The translations under genes and the position numbers were made by a program. 64,000 bases of DNA from contig NIVC01000909.1 in the NCBI GenBank assembly GCA_002269645.1, positions 52,752-116,751 of the forward strand, read 5' to 3'. The notes under the pieces were generated by a model. The model ran no database searches and was not told where the DNA came from. It was given only the letters and a program-made list of their open reading frames with translations. Of the stretch, positions 35,801 to 47,324 are shown piece after piece (positions within the stretch are counted from its first letter, which is position 1; every line of letters begins with the position of its first letter). The DNA is from Macrostomum lignano. Its lineage: Eukaryota.

Positions 35801-35865
35801 TCGGATTCCATGAGCTGTTGAACTTCAGAGATGCTTTGCTCAGATATTCGACAAGCAGCAAGCAT
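20805..35865 (-). CDS. Rhodopsin-class neuropeptide GPCR, GnRH/AKH/ACP/corazonin receptor family, about 496 aa
   Basis: Six exons 35865-35170, 32538-32325, 23055-22855, 21908-21836, 21743-21664 and 21031-20805, phases 0,1,1,2,1. Motifs GN (TM1), [15 protein letters not shown]...[30 protein letters not shown], and a C-tail CCCCC cluster. Confidence 0.92.
21084..21591. repeat. 12-bp minisatellite (GGGATCTGATTT) in GPCR intron 5
   Basis: Direct tandem repetition. Confidence 0.95.
22050..22470. repeat. 19-bp minisatellite (TAGTACACAGTATTGTGCA) in GPCR intron 3
   Basis: Direct tandem repetition. Confidence 0.95.
23181..23703 (+). repeat. 5' LTR of the intact Ty3/gypsy element
   Basis: Direct repeat of 31261-31783. 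Confidence 0.95.
23710..23726 (+). other. Primer-binding site complementary to the tRNA-Gln 3' end
   Basis: TGGAGGTCCCACCGAGA is the reverse complement of ...TCTCGGTGGGACCT-CCA of metazoan tRNA-Gln(TTG), recalled from memory; it starts 6 nt after the LTR. Confidence 0.8.
24473..30442 (+). CDS. Gag-Pol polyprotein, 1989 aa: capsid-like Gag, CCHC knuckle, cold-shock-like domain, aspartic protease, RT, RNase H, integrase
   Basis: [14 protein letters not shown] (25547-25588); [13 protein letters not shown]...LFVHVSQL (about 25661-25870); CLDSGA; RLCVDYR, YLDD; DCDSS...TDAAAL...ADFLSR; HQALNH...CETC, HVDHAG, SDNG, GKVER; WLGPYKI; terminal [13 protein letters not shown]. Confidence 0.97.
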   Translation: MSNNEDGVVANVAGLEDGGSVNNDAGGANAQESENGASAAGGANAHESENGASAAVGSAEAALLPATMQNFLESFSQVLANSLNRASNPTAPSTSPRASEGSGNVRLRPPQPYMPKMRFDLWQTQFRTYVEAHKIPKEQQSAILLSLLSPECQEYCFHNQLHKQDAEVALKALDLRYTDVSEKDKSYLELASAQQHDAEDVQEYFDRLIRLSHAANLSLKESEPLVRARFCHGLLDRSLAEKLLLASREDPSLSSVDLAKKAREITGVRQLLNPGQSALAKVRSVGSDKTAELEARVKELEKLLVEQSNQTSVRASQNEVPVVSGVGNPKQTRVTQSSPPHQLAYGKGAQFSSRPPRACYRCGLTDHLVADCPHPPPLNHRGRSGREPGKQRAELVETGVITQWFQSHGFIRSALMGDNLFVHVSQLDQELRGRAAPHQIVGLRVRFRRVADSAKPSDRALDVCELASPPNCEQSAAQDTEFQTDSSYFVQLDVGESRIIACLDSGANASVMGVRVKDQLVEADPINNVFKPSTQRRAATAFNGTSTEILGTLRCEVSLGKLTRTQVFLVMETRLSDVLLGLDFLKSFRVNLLIADGKATVDGEAIPIIEGDSSLYRVRRVTSACDLEMAPRSEAIVPSRVAEAVPGAQGVLGPRLFRGDGECLVARSLDSVSTGRHVLVRLLNSEDQTISIKRGQEVASFQDVGADEVVTHTRLHERDFSINNAERLGKQLEKLPYPDKATAEWLKGEFRLGKSNLTTQQLTTTIKLLNFFHNQISKSDTDLGKTSLTEMSIELKDQTCRPVFQPSRRTTPAQKEFLDKHISKLLDCGVIEECDSEWSSPIVLVRKKDGSQRLCVDYRQTNKVIKPCSFPLPLVDESFDSLSGAQVFSSLDLTSAYWQVGIREQDRDLTAFSCPQGTFRWKVVPFGIKTAPATFARLMHRVFQPLLLKVSLIYLDDVIVKARDNDQMIVNLALVLWRLQKANLKIKPSKCELFKDKVRFLGFVVSGQGIEADPEKTDAVRDWPTPSNQKQLLSFLGFCNYYRKFVPRFSVIAAPLYSLARGAEKFAWQEKHQKAFTELKSSLCSPPVLAYPDFSPNAGSFILDCDSSLEGVGAVLSQQGADGQENVISYASKKFTAAQRNYCATMRELLGVVIMLENFRVYLLDHPFIVRTDAAALKWLHAKRHATGMLAQWLATIEAYDFKIDQTPLERLGEYDFEVKHRAGQEHSNADFLSRNPKFRADHYDCPTCSHIPEFKEKFIGNAKSASVVVRAARGKKIQTRTVAIQTESNENCDLTPDHKEAEAQTPQQLEALSGNTDQKQTETELPTPAETPAIRAVGHPIRSEAGSNSESDEEWSDQQEENWARQAQESSIDIMRLVEAVKNERKPSSEELQSCSREVRILYSNFERLTLNEGLLYLQKPSKKGRPSRSVLVVPETANVDEVVLNYHQALNHSGVTKTTKALKNRFKITALTTHVTGIISECETCARTKKNKKKNKEPMQPTLAGYPGQVVHVDHAGPFSEQDGNRYLLVLIDRFTSWVEIIPVPDTTAETTAQTILTEWVVRYGAMEAIVSDNGTAFINHVLEELTSLLEIGKVRIVARRPQANGKVERAIQTIKSQIRAVCQDRECNWPLAARLVGMSVRASEAESTGFTPARLFLGRELVFPLDLIYGSPAQDQFQPNRFAHKLYHELVSVSTLARQIRGKAQQRQKRYYDRGTHHSVFKEGELVWVLNPDHKGLDTAVWLGPYKIIEKISDRNYRLVPESDTGMPNPRHNVYNIDRLKRCVRKPAYVDLIDKFGQASAPGETRSSNPAQQPSTDRSVSTVCVQRRSLDRDWEESEEGSSIPASSRRNPASEEPPAHSAQGATSGTTASRVSGSVAVTVGGESRRELGQDTEEVKQQVSRTDSSHSRPESDQLPSEELGDLKLEPQSDNSPATTVTESVSSQTSQSVAARPPITTRSGRVVRRPARFLAAFIDRCSRKGSTGSG
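30679..30861. repeat. 29-bp tandem repeat (CTGCTGGCGGCAGTCGGCCGCTTCATCAT), about 6 copies, in the retrotransposon 3' UTR
   Basis: Direct tandem repetition. Confidence 0.9.
31261..31783 (+). repeat. 3' LTR of the intact Ty3/gypsy element
   Basis: Direct repeat of 23181-23703, preceded by the purine tract GGGAGAGAGGCGAG. Confidence 0.95.
33977..35068. repeat. 22-bp minisatellite (TACTATCGAACTTGACGCCATG) in GPCR intron 1
   Basis: Direct tandem repetition with 19-bp deletion variants. Confidence 0.95.
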
Positions 35866-37185
35866 TTTTGTCTCTAAAATGAGTTTGATATTATTAGTAG
35901 TTTTGCGTGGGCGCCTACTGCCTGTTCTTTCATTGGCCCAAATCTTGCGGCCAATGACTACAAATGCAAGGTACTACTCGCCAAGGACTTCTATAGGAAG
36001 AGGATCTGAAGTGGAAAGCACGATTAATGGGCAGATTAAATAGATATCTGACGACTAGTGGGCTGCATTCGTTTACAAAAATCAAACAAAAGGGCTGTTT
36101 TCGTTCATCAAGCTTATGAACGAGTTAAGAATAACAAAATCAAATATCAAAGGTCCAATCAAGAAACGATCGCGCACTTTCTCTCCAGACTCTCTGTCGC
36201 GGTACTCCCTGAACCGCCTACGCGAATTAAAAAAAACCATACAGCTTTTTGATTTCGTAATTCAAAAGACAAAAGAGCGCGTTTGAATTCGAAATTCCAA
36301 CAAAGGCGGCAGTTGCCAAGGCATAACAAAGCAGTCAGGGCTTCAATTCGTGCTTGAGAGCTGAATAATGAATTCAGCTGCTCAGAAGAGTGAGCTGATA
36401 CTGCAGATTCTTCAGCGACGTAGCGCTATAGGTCGTCTCGTCCGGATTTCAAATCATAATTATAATTTAAGTCTCAATTTGTAGCATGCAGAATTAGGTG
36501 AAACTTATTTATGCATCTCATTGAACTTAACCTGTTCTCAATACTTTTCAATGAAGATCTTTGAGTGGCATGTAGCAGCAGAGCTCGGAGAAATTCCAGA
36601 CTGATTTCGATTGAAATTTACTTTCATTCGAGTGAATTATCACCTCTCCTAATAAAGATTCAATGCTGGAGGTGCCATGCACTCGTCAATGAGGTTTGGT
36701 GATTTTTTATACCTTCGACATCGTCCCACAAATAGCGCTGATGCAATTCTTCACATCCCGCTAACTCCTGCAACACACTCATACAAAAAGTGACGAATAT
36801 AATATTAGTTGCTAAACTAAAATTAAGAACACATCGCTTGTTTATTATACGGGTAAATCAAAGCTGGACTTTGCTCTCTACATTTAAATATTATTAAGAA
36901 AGCAATATTACAAAATGCATATTATATATTAGATAATGAGTAAAAATTTTCATTAAAAATATAAGACGAGATTAAACAGAGACATGGGGGTCTGAAAGGG
37001 CCGAGTTTAAGACAGAAAAAGGTGATATATAAAACACGCTAAAAACGCAAGGTCAAGATACAATACTGAACTTTTTTAATGTTTTATCAACAGCAGCTTT
37101 TAGAAATTATCGCAGTAAAAATCAATAAAAAACGCAGACATTCCGATAAAATTTTAAATTAGCTAACTAGAGTTAATTAAAATGT

Positions 37186-39600
37186 TTACAGATCGCAGGT
37201 TGGCGGACTGCTGAAGCTCACAGTTGACAGACTGGATGAATCTGTCGGGCAGGACTGTTGCTGGGGAGGCTGTACGTGCTGCTGCTGCTGCGGCGGCTGC
37301 TGCTGCTGCTGCAGTGGCGTACTCAGCAGCGGCAATGGAACAGTTGCGCCTGCACCTTGCAGGTGATGATGAAAGTACGGCGACAGTTGCTGTTCATTTG
37401 AATGGCCCGACGCTTCGTACTGTGCGTCACCCATTTGTGCGCCGTCTACCAGATGATAATTGTAGGCTGGTTGATAGTAAAACTGCTGATGATGAGGCTG
37501 ATAGTGAGGCTGGTAGCTGGCTTGGTAAGGACTTGGCGTGTAGGCGCACGCTGCGGAGCTGCTGCTGTCAACTTCCGATGAAGGAATGGTCGACGATGCC
37601 GCCAGGACTGTTGGCGAAGCTTCCACCGCGGAATAGGGCCGGTACAGTCGCCTGCTTCGATGGCTCTGCTGCTGCTGCTGGCTCCAGTAGCCGTAGGCTG
37701 AGTCGGTCTGCTCCGGGTAGGATCCAAACTCGACGATGTCGGGCTCGCGGACGTCTTGACGCGGCTGACAGCTGGGCAGCTGCAGTTGCTGCTGCAGAGC
37801 CTGCACGGTGGGCCGGAAGCTGTCAATCAGCAGCGGCCCGGATCGATCTCCCTGATTGCGGATGCCCTTAGCGTAGGGATTGAATTGGATCTTCAGATCA
37901 GTGAGCTCCGGGTTCTGGTAGGCGGTGACCGTGATGAACTCCGTGCCAGGGAAGGTCACGGCAGTGTAGAACGCGGTGGCTGCGAGCAAAGTGTTTTGCG
38001 CGGTTTGTTAGGAACAGAATGGATTGCGAAAGCATCTCACCCTACATCTCAATCTACACCTCACCCTACACCTCACCCTACATCTCACTCTACATCTCAC
38101 TCTACACCTCACCCTACATCTCACCCTACATCTCATTCTACACCTCACCCTACACCTCACCCTACATCTCACTCTACACCTCACCCTACATCTCACCCTA
38201 CATCTCATTCTACACCTCACCCTTACATCTCACTCTACACCTCACCCTACATCTCACTCTACACCTCACCCTACACCTCACCCTACATCTCACCCTACAT
38301 CTCACTCTACACCTCACCCTACACCTCACCCTACATCTCACTCTACATCTCACCCTACACCTCACGTGCTCACCCTACATGTCACCCTACATCTCACCCT
38401 ACATCTCATTCTAAATCTCGATTTACATTTCATTCTACATCTCATTCTAAATCTCCCTCTCCAAAAATCTCATTATGAATCTCCCATCAAAGCATGCAAT
38501 TCTGAAAATTCTAATCATCAATGATAGAATATTCCTCACCATTTCTGGACAGCTCCCGGATGTGCACCACGGGCAGGTACTTGTGCATGCTGTACGCGAA
38601 TATCATGGTGCCGTTGCGAGCCGGCTCGTTGGCGAAGCAGTCCAGCTTGTTCGTGAGCTTCAGCCGCATGAAGGCCACCTCCTGCCGGGTCCAGTGCTTG
38701 CCGGGGGCCGGCGAGTCCGGGTGCACATAGGCCAGGCCGACTGGTGGGGTGGCGGGGCTGACAGTGAGACTGGCTAACAGGTGCTACTCCTGTCTAACAG
38801 GTGATACTCCTGGCTAACAGGTGACACTCCTGGCTAACAGGTGACACTCCTGGCTAACAGGTGACACTCCTGACTAACAGGTGACACTCCTGACTAACAG
38901 GTGACACTCCTGTCTAACAGGTGACACTCCTGACTAATAGGTGACACTCCTGGCTAACAGGTGAGACTCCTGGCTAACAGGTGATAACTGCTGTCGAACA
39001 GGTAACTCTATATCCGATATTTAACATTTTTGTTTAAAAAATTCCACCACTTATCTAACAGGTAACACCCCAACAAACGAATTTTTGTCTAACAGGTGAT
39101 CTCCAATTGTCTAATTTTTTTTACAGATTCCAAAACGTTTCCAACAGCTGGAATCTTAACGACCTAAATGAAGAAAAGTTAAAAAAATAAAAAACCTAGG
39201 ACTAGGTTCGCGCAGAGATTATTATAAAGATTAATGGATTACCTGTGCAGCCAGGTGGCGGGTACACCTCTCCCTGACCATTGGGCAGCCACACGCCTCT
39301 CTGGTACTTCAGAGTATGCCGATCGGCCAGCATTAGCGTGACGTACACTTCGTACTTCTTAGCTGGATCGAGGCCTTGAATATCCAGACTCAAAGTTGGA
39401 AACATTCGCCTGCCGACTTTGGTGACAATCATCTCCGTGTTCTGCCGGCTGAACTTGCGCCATGTGGACGAGTTGCTGAGAGCCACGTGTACCTGTTCGC
39501 CGCTGGGAGCCAGTGTTGTTAAGTAGTACGGCTGCAGCTGCGGCGCCTGCTGAATCAGGGCTGCATAATCCGCTGAAGATGTTGGCGATTGGTGCTGCAT
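37186..39600 (-). CDS. Divergent T-box transcription factor, most like Brachyury, about 450 aa
   Basis: Exons 39600-39243, 38740-38540 (alternative in-frame acceptor at 38773) and 37979-37186, phases 1,1. T-box motifs [51 protein letters not shown]; Gln/Ser/Pro-rich C-terminus. Confidence 0.92.
38033..38412. repeat. 12-bp minisatellite (CCCTACATCTCA / CTCTACACCTCA) in T-box intron 2
   Basis: Direct tandem repetition. Confidence 0.9.
38770..39000. repeat. 20-bp minisatellite (CTGGCTAACAGGTGACACTC) in T-box intron 1
   Basis: About 11 units, 10 carrying CAGGTG. Confidence 0.9.
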
Positions 39601-39699
39601 TACAGGATTTTAATTGCTGCTGCCCTAAGTGACAAAACAAACAAGTCGAGCGCTAAAAAATCACTGGGCTGGCTGTCAGTTGTGGGTTGTTCTTTTTTT

Positions 39700-39990
39700 A
39701 AATGGCACGCGCCTCTCCCCATTGGCCCCGGCCCTCTCTCTCCTTTCTTATAATCCGCCATTTGACACTGTGCGTTCATTCGTCCCCTCGCGTGTCGCGT
39801 GTACGCTCAGAGAGGCAAAACACCCCCCACTCCTTACCCCGATGTACGTAGGCCAATGTGCGTGGCGCACGGTTCTCTCTCCCTACCCCACACCAAGATC
39901 AGCCCGGCCGCCGGCCTTCAGGCTCCAGCCAATGAGAAGCAAATAAAGTCCTCAAAGTTCAAGCCCCCCCACCAGTACGGAGCTCCTCCT
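39700..39990 (-). promoter_or_regulatory. Putative T-box gene promoter / 5' region
   Basis: GC-rich segment with several CCAAT/ATTGG boxes (near 39721, 39853, 39929) upstream of the T-box ATG. Inference. Confidence 0.3.
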
Positions 39991-41085
39991 CCATAATGAT
40001 AGCACAGCAGGAGTGGACTTTTTTGTTCTTTATTTTTACAATATAATTGCACTGGCACTTTTAGTGCCTTTTTTGGTGCACCTGAATTTAGCTAATTTCT
40101 CTGTCGCTCAGCGGGAGGCAGATAACCAATTATCGCGATCAGTTGTAGGGCTAACCCCCCCCCCCACCCACAGGCTCTTTGTATTCATCGAGCTAATTAT
40201 AAATTATACTGGTAGATGTTTTTTGTTTGGTCCAATTGCCCTCAGGTCGGATTGGTATTTCTTCTTATTATGATGGCACAATTACCTAGCACAAAACTCA
40301 TCCAATAAGGAAGTCTTTTAACGTGCGCATGCCAAAAATTTAATGATTCTGTTTGAGTTTTTTCAGTTCAAGTTCAAGGAAGGCTTAAGTTTATTTCTGA
40401 CCCTTAAGTCCTTTGGTGCGTCGATCCTTTGATATTGGTCCTTTGTACAAGCAGATGCTAAAAATCATAAGTTCCTTAGTTACCTGAACTCTACCTGATC
40501 TTTCGATGAAGGATGTCCTTTTGACCATCTTGTAGCTTATTGAAGTTTTAGTAAAGTCTTGCCATAGGCTACATAATACTTGTAAATATAAATATTTGTC
40601 AAATCTCAGGCTTAAGAAATGTATACCAATGAATGTATTTGTCACTTGTACAGAAGCGATTTGCAGTTTGAGTCCTAAACTCATACTATCCAGGGCATTA
40701 GCAGTAGGGAATTAAAAGGATTTAGCTTCTGTGCAACATTAGAAATCTGTTGATTCTATTTCTACGTGCATTTAGAAAGTTGCTAAGCCCTTAATCTCCT
40801 CGCTCCTCGAGGGTCGCAACATTTCAGTAGGAATTTGCACATTTTGCATAAACAATTGTATTACGAAATATTAGTATAAAGCAACTTGGCTATCAGAAAG
40901 AAAATGATATAACTGCTAATCACCTGGCTATATATCCGTAAATATCCATAGTTACTTTTCCGTGAATTAACCATAGGGTTTCAGCATGTTCTATCTAAGG
41001 TGGTAGTGGGAACTTAGGTTCGCGCATTAGAATATTTCATAGACTTGACGCAATCTATAAAATAAGATTTGGCGCCATTTATAAA

Positions 41086-41757
41086 CAAAGATTTGGCGCC
41101 TTCTATAATGGCAAATTTGGCACCATTAATGATATCAGATTTGTCGCTATCAATTATATCGGATTTGGCGCCATCTCTAATATCAGATTTGGCGTGAATT
41201 TGGCGTCAATCATATCAGATTTGGCGCCATCAATCAAATCAGAGATTAGGCGCCATCAATCATATCAGATATTTGGCGTCATCTCTAATATCAGATTTGG
41301 CGCCATCAATCATATCAGATTTGGCGTGAATTTGGCGTCAATCATATCAGATTTGGCGCCATCAATCATATCAGATATTTGGCGTCATCTCTAATATCAG
41401 ATTTGGCGCCATCAATCATATCAGATTTGGCGTGAATTTGGCGTCAATCATATCAGATTTGGCGCCATCAATCACATCAGATTTGGCGCCATCTCTAATA
41501 TCAGATTTGGCGCCATCAATCACATCAGATTTGGCGCCATCTCTAATATCAGATTTGGCGCCATCAATTACATCAGATTTGGCGCCATCTCTAATATCAG
41601 ATTTGGCGCCATCAATCACATCAGATTTGGCGCCATCTCTAATATCAGATTTGGCGCCATCAATTATATCAGATTTGGCGCCATCAATCACATCAGATTT
41701 GGCGCAATCAATCACATCAGATTTGGCGCCATCTCTAATATCAGATTTGGCGCCATC
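41086..41757. repeat. 24-bp minisatellite with alternating 48-bp higher-order structure (TCAGATTTGGCGCCATCAATCACA / TCAGATTTGGCGCCATCTCTAATA)
   Basis: Direct tandem repetition, degenerate on the left side. Confidence 0.9.
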
Positions 41758-42599
41758 ATAAACTTGGCATAATCTACATGTAAAATGCCGTCAAGAAGTA
41801 TGCGTCAGCAAGACTCTCAGCCCACCTAAAATGTGAGGCTTGGTGTTGGAGACAATCAATTAGACTAATATAGCTATTAGCAATTTCTAAACCTTATTGT
41901 TCTCATTCTTCTTTTGGCACTAAAAGTCGCAATTGATCAATTAAATCCCTATGACTCTTTAAAACAATTTTGTTGCCAAAAAAAGAATTTTTTTCAGAAG
42001 AAAAAACTTCGCCAAGAATATCGAGGCGATAATTATTATGACGCGTATTTTCCTCCAAGTGAGCAGCTCTCCAATATACTTTGCAGGCCTTTTCTGCCTT
42101 CTTCTGCAGGTGATGAAAAATGATTAATTAGCAGAACTATAAGTCTGTCTTGTGAATGTCGAAAATTACTCGTAGTAACAATGAGTGTTTGAGGTGTCTT
42201 GATGAATTCATAGTTAATCCTGAGAAACATAATCCAGTGGACAATTGTGATTTTTATTTATATCTACGACTGTGTTAAAGACTGGATCGCGATCTTTAGA
42301 GTCAGTAGGATTCTGGGCGTCATCTTAGTGCAACATCCCTTGCTTTTCTTGCTTTAAAAATTGAGTTAATCGCCCACTTTACAATCCCCAATATTTGCTC
42401 CACTAGCGCTGCAATTTCTCAAGAATCGTTTTGAGTATCGGTTGAACTGCTTTTTTAAATTACGAGCTCATCCTTGAGGATTTTCTCCGACTCTGTCATC
42501 AAGCAATTACATTTAGTTTTGCACTCGAGTACCTTCCTTAATCCCGTGGGTCTTCATGCATCCCGATCTTGTGCAGAATCCTAAACTGCTCTCTTGCTC

Positions 42600-43870
42600 T
42601 CTCTGTGTCGCCCCAATGTCACTCTATTGTGTCCTACAATGGCACTCTACTGTGTCCTACAATGCTAATTTCTTGTGTCTCCGAATGCCACTCTGCTGTG
42701 TTACCCAATGCCACTCTACGGTGTCCCCCAATGTAACTCTCTTGTGTCCCCCCAATGTCACTCTCTTGTGTCCCCCCCCCAATGTCACTCTCTTGTGTCC
42801 CCCAATGTCACTCTCTTGTCCCCCCCAATGTAACTCTTGTGTCCCCCCAATGTAACTCTCTTGTGTCCCTCAATGTAACTCTTTTGTGTCCCCCCAATGC
42901 CACTCTTTTGTGCCCCCCAATGTCACTCTCTTGTGCCCCCAATGTCACTCTCTTGTGCCCCCCAATGTCACTCTCTTGTGTCCCCCAATGCCACTCTCTT
43001 GTGTCCCCCCAATGTCACTCTCTTGTGCCCCCCAATGTAACTCTCTTGTGCCCCCAATGTCACTCTCTTGTGTCCCCCCAATGCCACTCTCTTGTGTCCC
43101 CCCAATGTCACTCTCTTGTGCCCCCCAATGTAACTCTCTTGTGTCCCTCAATGTAACTCTTTTGTGTCCCCCTAATGTCACTCTCTTATGTCCCCCCAAT
43201 GTCACTCTCTTGTGTCCCCCCAATGTAACTCTATTGTGTCCCCCCAATGTAACTCTCTGGTGTCCCCCCAATGTCACTCTCTTGTGTCCCCCCCCAATGT
43301 CACTCTCTTGTGTCCCCCAATGTCACTCTCTTGTCCCCCCCAATGTAACTCTTGTGTCCCCCAATGTCACTCTCTTGTGTCCCCCAATGCCACTCTCTTG
43401 TGTCCCCCAATGTCACTCTCTTGTGCCCCCCAATGTAACTCTCTTGTGTCCCTCAATGTAACTCTTTTGTGTCCCCCTAATGTCACTCTCTTGTGTCCCT
43501 CAATGTAACTCTTTTGTGTCCCCCCAATGTCACTCTCTTGTGTCCCTCAATGCAACTCTTTTGTGTCCCCCTAATGTCACTCTCTTGTGTCCCTCTAATG
43601 TAACTCTCTCGTGCCCCCCCCCCCCAATGCAACTCTCTTATATCCCCCAATATATAACTCTCTTATGTCCCCCCAATGTCACTCTCTTGTGTCCCCCCCA
43701 ATGTCACTCTCTTGTGTCCCCCCAATGTCACTCTCTTGTGTCCCCACAATGTCACTCTTTTGTGTCCTCCAATGTCACTCTCTTGTGCCCCCCAATGTCA
43801 CTCGATTGTGCCCCCCAATGTTACTCTATTAATTGTATCTCCCGATGCCACCTTATTGTGTCTCCCAATG
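42600..43870. repeat. About 22-24-bp minisatellite (CCCCAATGTCACTCTCTTGTGT) with variable C-run
   Basis: Direct tandem repetition. Confidence 0.92.
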
Positions 43871-44454
43871 CTAAATAAAGTCCATGGAAGAGACTGCGAC
43901 TGACCAGACTTTGTCTTTAGAATAAATTATAAAAAATTACTGACTTTTGTAGAGAAAATGTGCTATTTTGAAGTGACACCAAATTTGTGCTTTGCAGTTT
44001 TTATCTACTTATGAGGAACTTTTCGGACACTCCTCATAGTAAAAGCTTTATTTTATAATATTGCTTTATTTCGAAGTACCTATTTTGGCTGACATTTCAA
44101 CATTTCAATAAAAAGTCTTTACGAAATTTTATCATTAATTTCAATGGGAGTTGAGCCCAATATGCTGCTATGGTCGGCTCGCACGCACAGGTATATACAA
44201 AGGTTAATCCTTGAGGCACCCAGCTGCGCAGAGACACTCGACGAAAGTGGAAATTAGTCCAGGGCAATGAGAGCTTTGAGACGAGTCCCCAGGGGAACGA
44301 ATCTCTGTCCGGCTCTGTCCAGTTTTGTCCGGCTCTCTCCGAATCCGTAAGCGCCATATCCTCTGGCAAGATGGGGATGAAAAAAAATTTAAAGCTAAAT
44401 AAATCACTCTGGATGGAATATTAATTAATTATAGCAGTGTTTTTTAAATGATCC

Positions 44455-44485
44455 CAGACAGTCTGCTTGCGAGTCTGTCTGTCTA

Positions 44486-44526
<41 letters not shown>

Positions 44527-44529
44527 GTA

Positions 44530-44570
<41 letters not shown>

Positions 44571-44573
44571 GTA

Positions 44574-44622
<49 letters not shown>

Positions 44623-44625
44623 GTA

Positions 44626-44676
<51 letters not shown>

Positions 44677-44700
44677 TTCTGTCTGTCTGTCTGTCTGTCT
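44455..44700. repeat. (TCTG)n microsatellite
   Basis: Direct. Confidence 0.97.
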
Positions 44701-45734
44701 AAGAATAATTTCATTTTTATTCATCAGCCAGTCAGGTTCCACGGGCCTCAGCAACTCGGGAATATTGATAGAAACAGAGCCAAAACTGTAACTACTCGTA
44801 CATGTAATCAGGGTCTCCACTTCCTATTCTGAGAACGGAAAATTGCAAAAATTTCTATTTCCCCTTTCTGATGCCAATATAGCTACAGTCGCAATTCAAT
44901 TGTAGATAGAGAAAAGTCATGCAGACAGGAGTGATACAATTATAGTAGACAATTAGGATTCATTAGCGCAGAACACAAACCAAAAGACAGCTAGTGGTTG
45001 CGATTTTACATGCGTGCAAGGAGATCTATAGGAATTCTATTTTAGCAATTTCAACATCAGCTTAGATGATCAGTTCAGACAATGGATCGATTAATAAGTT
45101 TCCTGGGAATACAGCCGGATTTTCAACTGACTCTGAGGTCTGCCAATTTAAATTTAAAAATGAATTTTTTTTAACCGATTCGATATGATATGCTATATGT
45201 AAGACCGTGGGTATAGGAAAAGAAGACTCACTATATGCTATCTGATTCAAATACGCACGCAAATATTGTAAAAAACAACTAGTGAGGTGGAAACCCCACT
45301 ATAGATATTCAGCAGTTTCGTGTACATCCACCGGCTGCTGCCTGATGAAAGTCTGAGCATCATCTGTCACACGCAGCCTCAGCTTCTTTACACTCTTCTC
45401 GTCCACAAAATAACGCCCCTGGCTGCACAAGAGCATAGATTGGTTTTGCTATTATAGTTTTGTCGAGGAAAATTAGCAAAGTCAGCCGAGCAAAAATTAA
45501 TTCCTACCTACGGCAGTAATCACACGTATGCGTTCGTGCACGGAAATGAGAACTTTCCCAGTTTGAATTTATTTTCAGACCTTATCGTCACAAAAAGGAA
45601 GAAGTTCGAAATTCGAAAGCAGTGTCGTCTGTCGTTTCTAAAAATAGTCAGACAAACCTAACAGCATATAGGCAAAAAAGAAACTTCAGATTTGTTGAAG
45701 ATTTATTTTTTTGTTTAGATGAATGCTCTGAATC

Positions 45735-46317
<583 letters not shown>

Positions 46318-47324
46318 TGCCAGGACCTGCACCGGAGCGGTTACGAAAATTAGATTTCTCGGTAGTTGCACGTACTCTTTTGCACTACTTGAGTAGTCTG
46401 ATTTTCGTTCGGCATGGCTGGTTCCAGCACGTAGTTCCTCTGGAAAAAAGCGCTTACCGCGCCCATTGGCTTTCCAGCTGCCTTAATCGTTTCTGGTGAT
46501 CTTGTGTGCGTGCTTTCAGCTTGATTGGCTGCGGCAAGCAAGAACCTAATACAGTTGAGAATAATAATTTTAGGGCTGTATATAGGCACCCTGGCACAAC
46601 ACATTTGACGACATCGTCCCACAGACAGTGCTTAAGGTAATTCTACCCATTCCTGAGCACAAACAGGTCACGCACGGAATCAAATCGGCTTTTTGGAAAA
46701 CAATAGAAGCTGCACGAAGTGTTGTTGTTTTATGCGCATCGTAGGACACTGCTCAGATTCATAAACATTCACTCGTTGTAAACATCATAAACATAAACGT
46801 ACGCAATAAAGTGCGCTTGGAGGCAAGGAGGGGTTGACTTTTCACGAGGAAATAAATGAAGACGAATAGACTAGTATGTCGATAGCGATAAAATGCGTCC
46901 GATATACAGACATACTCTCGTATGTCTTCCTCGGAGTTAAATAGAAACTGCTAGCCTCTAATTCCCTAGAGGGGACAAGCGGCGAGGACAGACGAACAGG
47001 GAGTTGAAAGATACATGTAGGCTGCTATTTTCCAAATGGGGTTACGAGTAGGCCTAGTCCCAGTTTCATGCCACATTCCTCGATCCACGCCAGCCGAAGC
47101 CATGGATCACAAAAAATGTCACTGAGACTGGGACTCGGTTATTTTCCTCAATCCAAGATGAAGCTACATGTATAGAGTGAATCCTTCAGTAAAGCAAACA
47201 AAAACAAATAAATTATTGATGCACTCTTTATAAGAATTCATCTCGCCACAATTGGGAACGATTTCTATAGAATTTGACCGTCTGGGGACTGTGTGATGAA
47301 ATGTAACATTACGGAGACTGCCCA

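Noticed and set aside
45250-45360. Second hammerhead candidate (GAAAC...CAGCAG/CTGCTG...CTGATGA)
   Set aside because: No NUH triplet with helix III in the required geometry, and no helix II.
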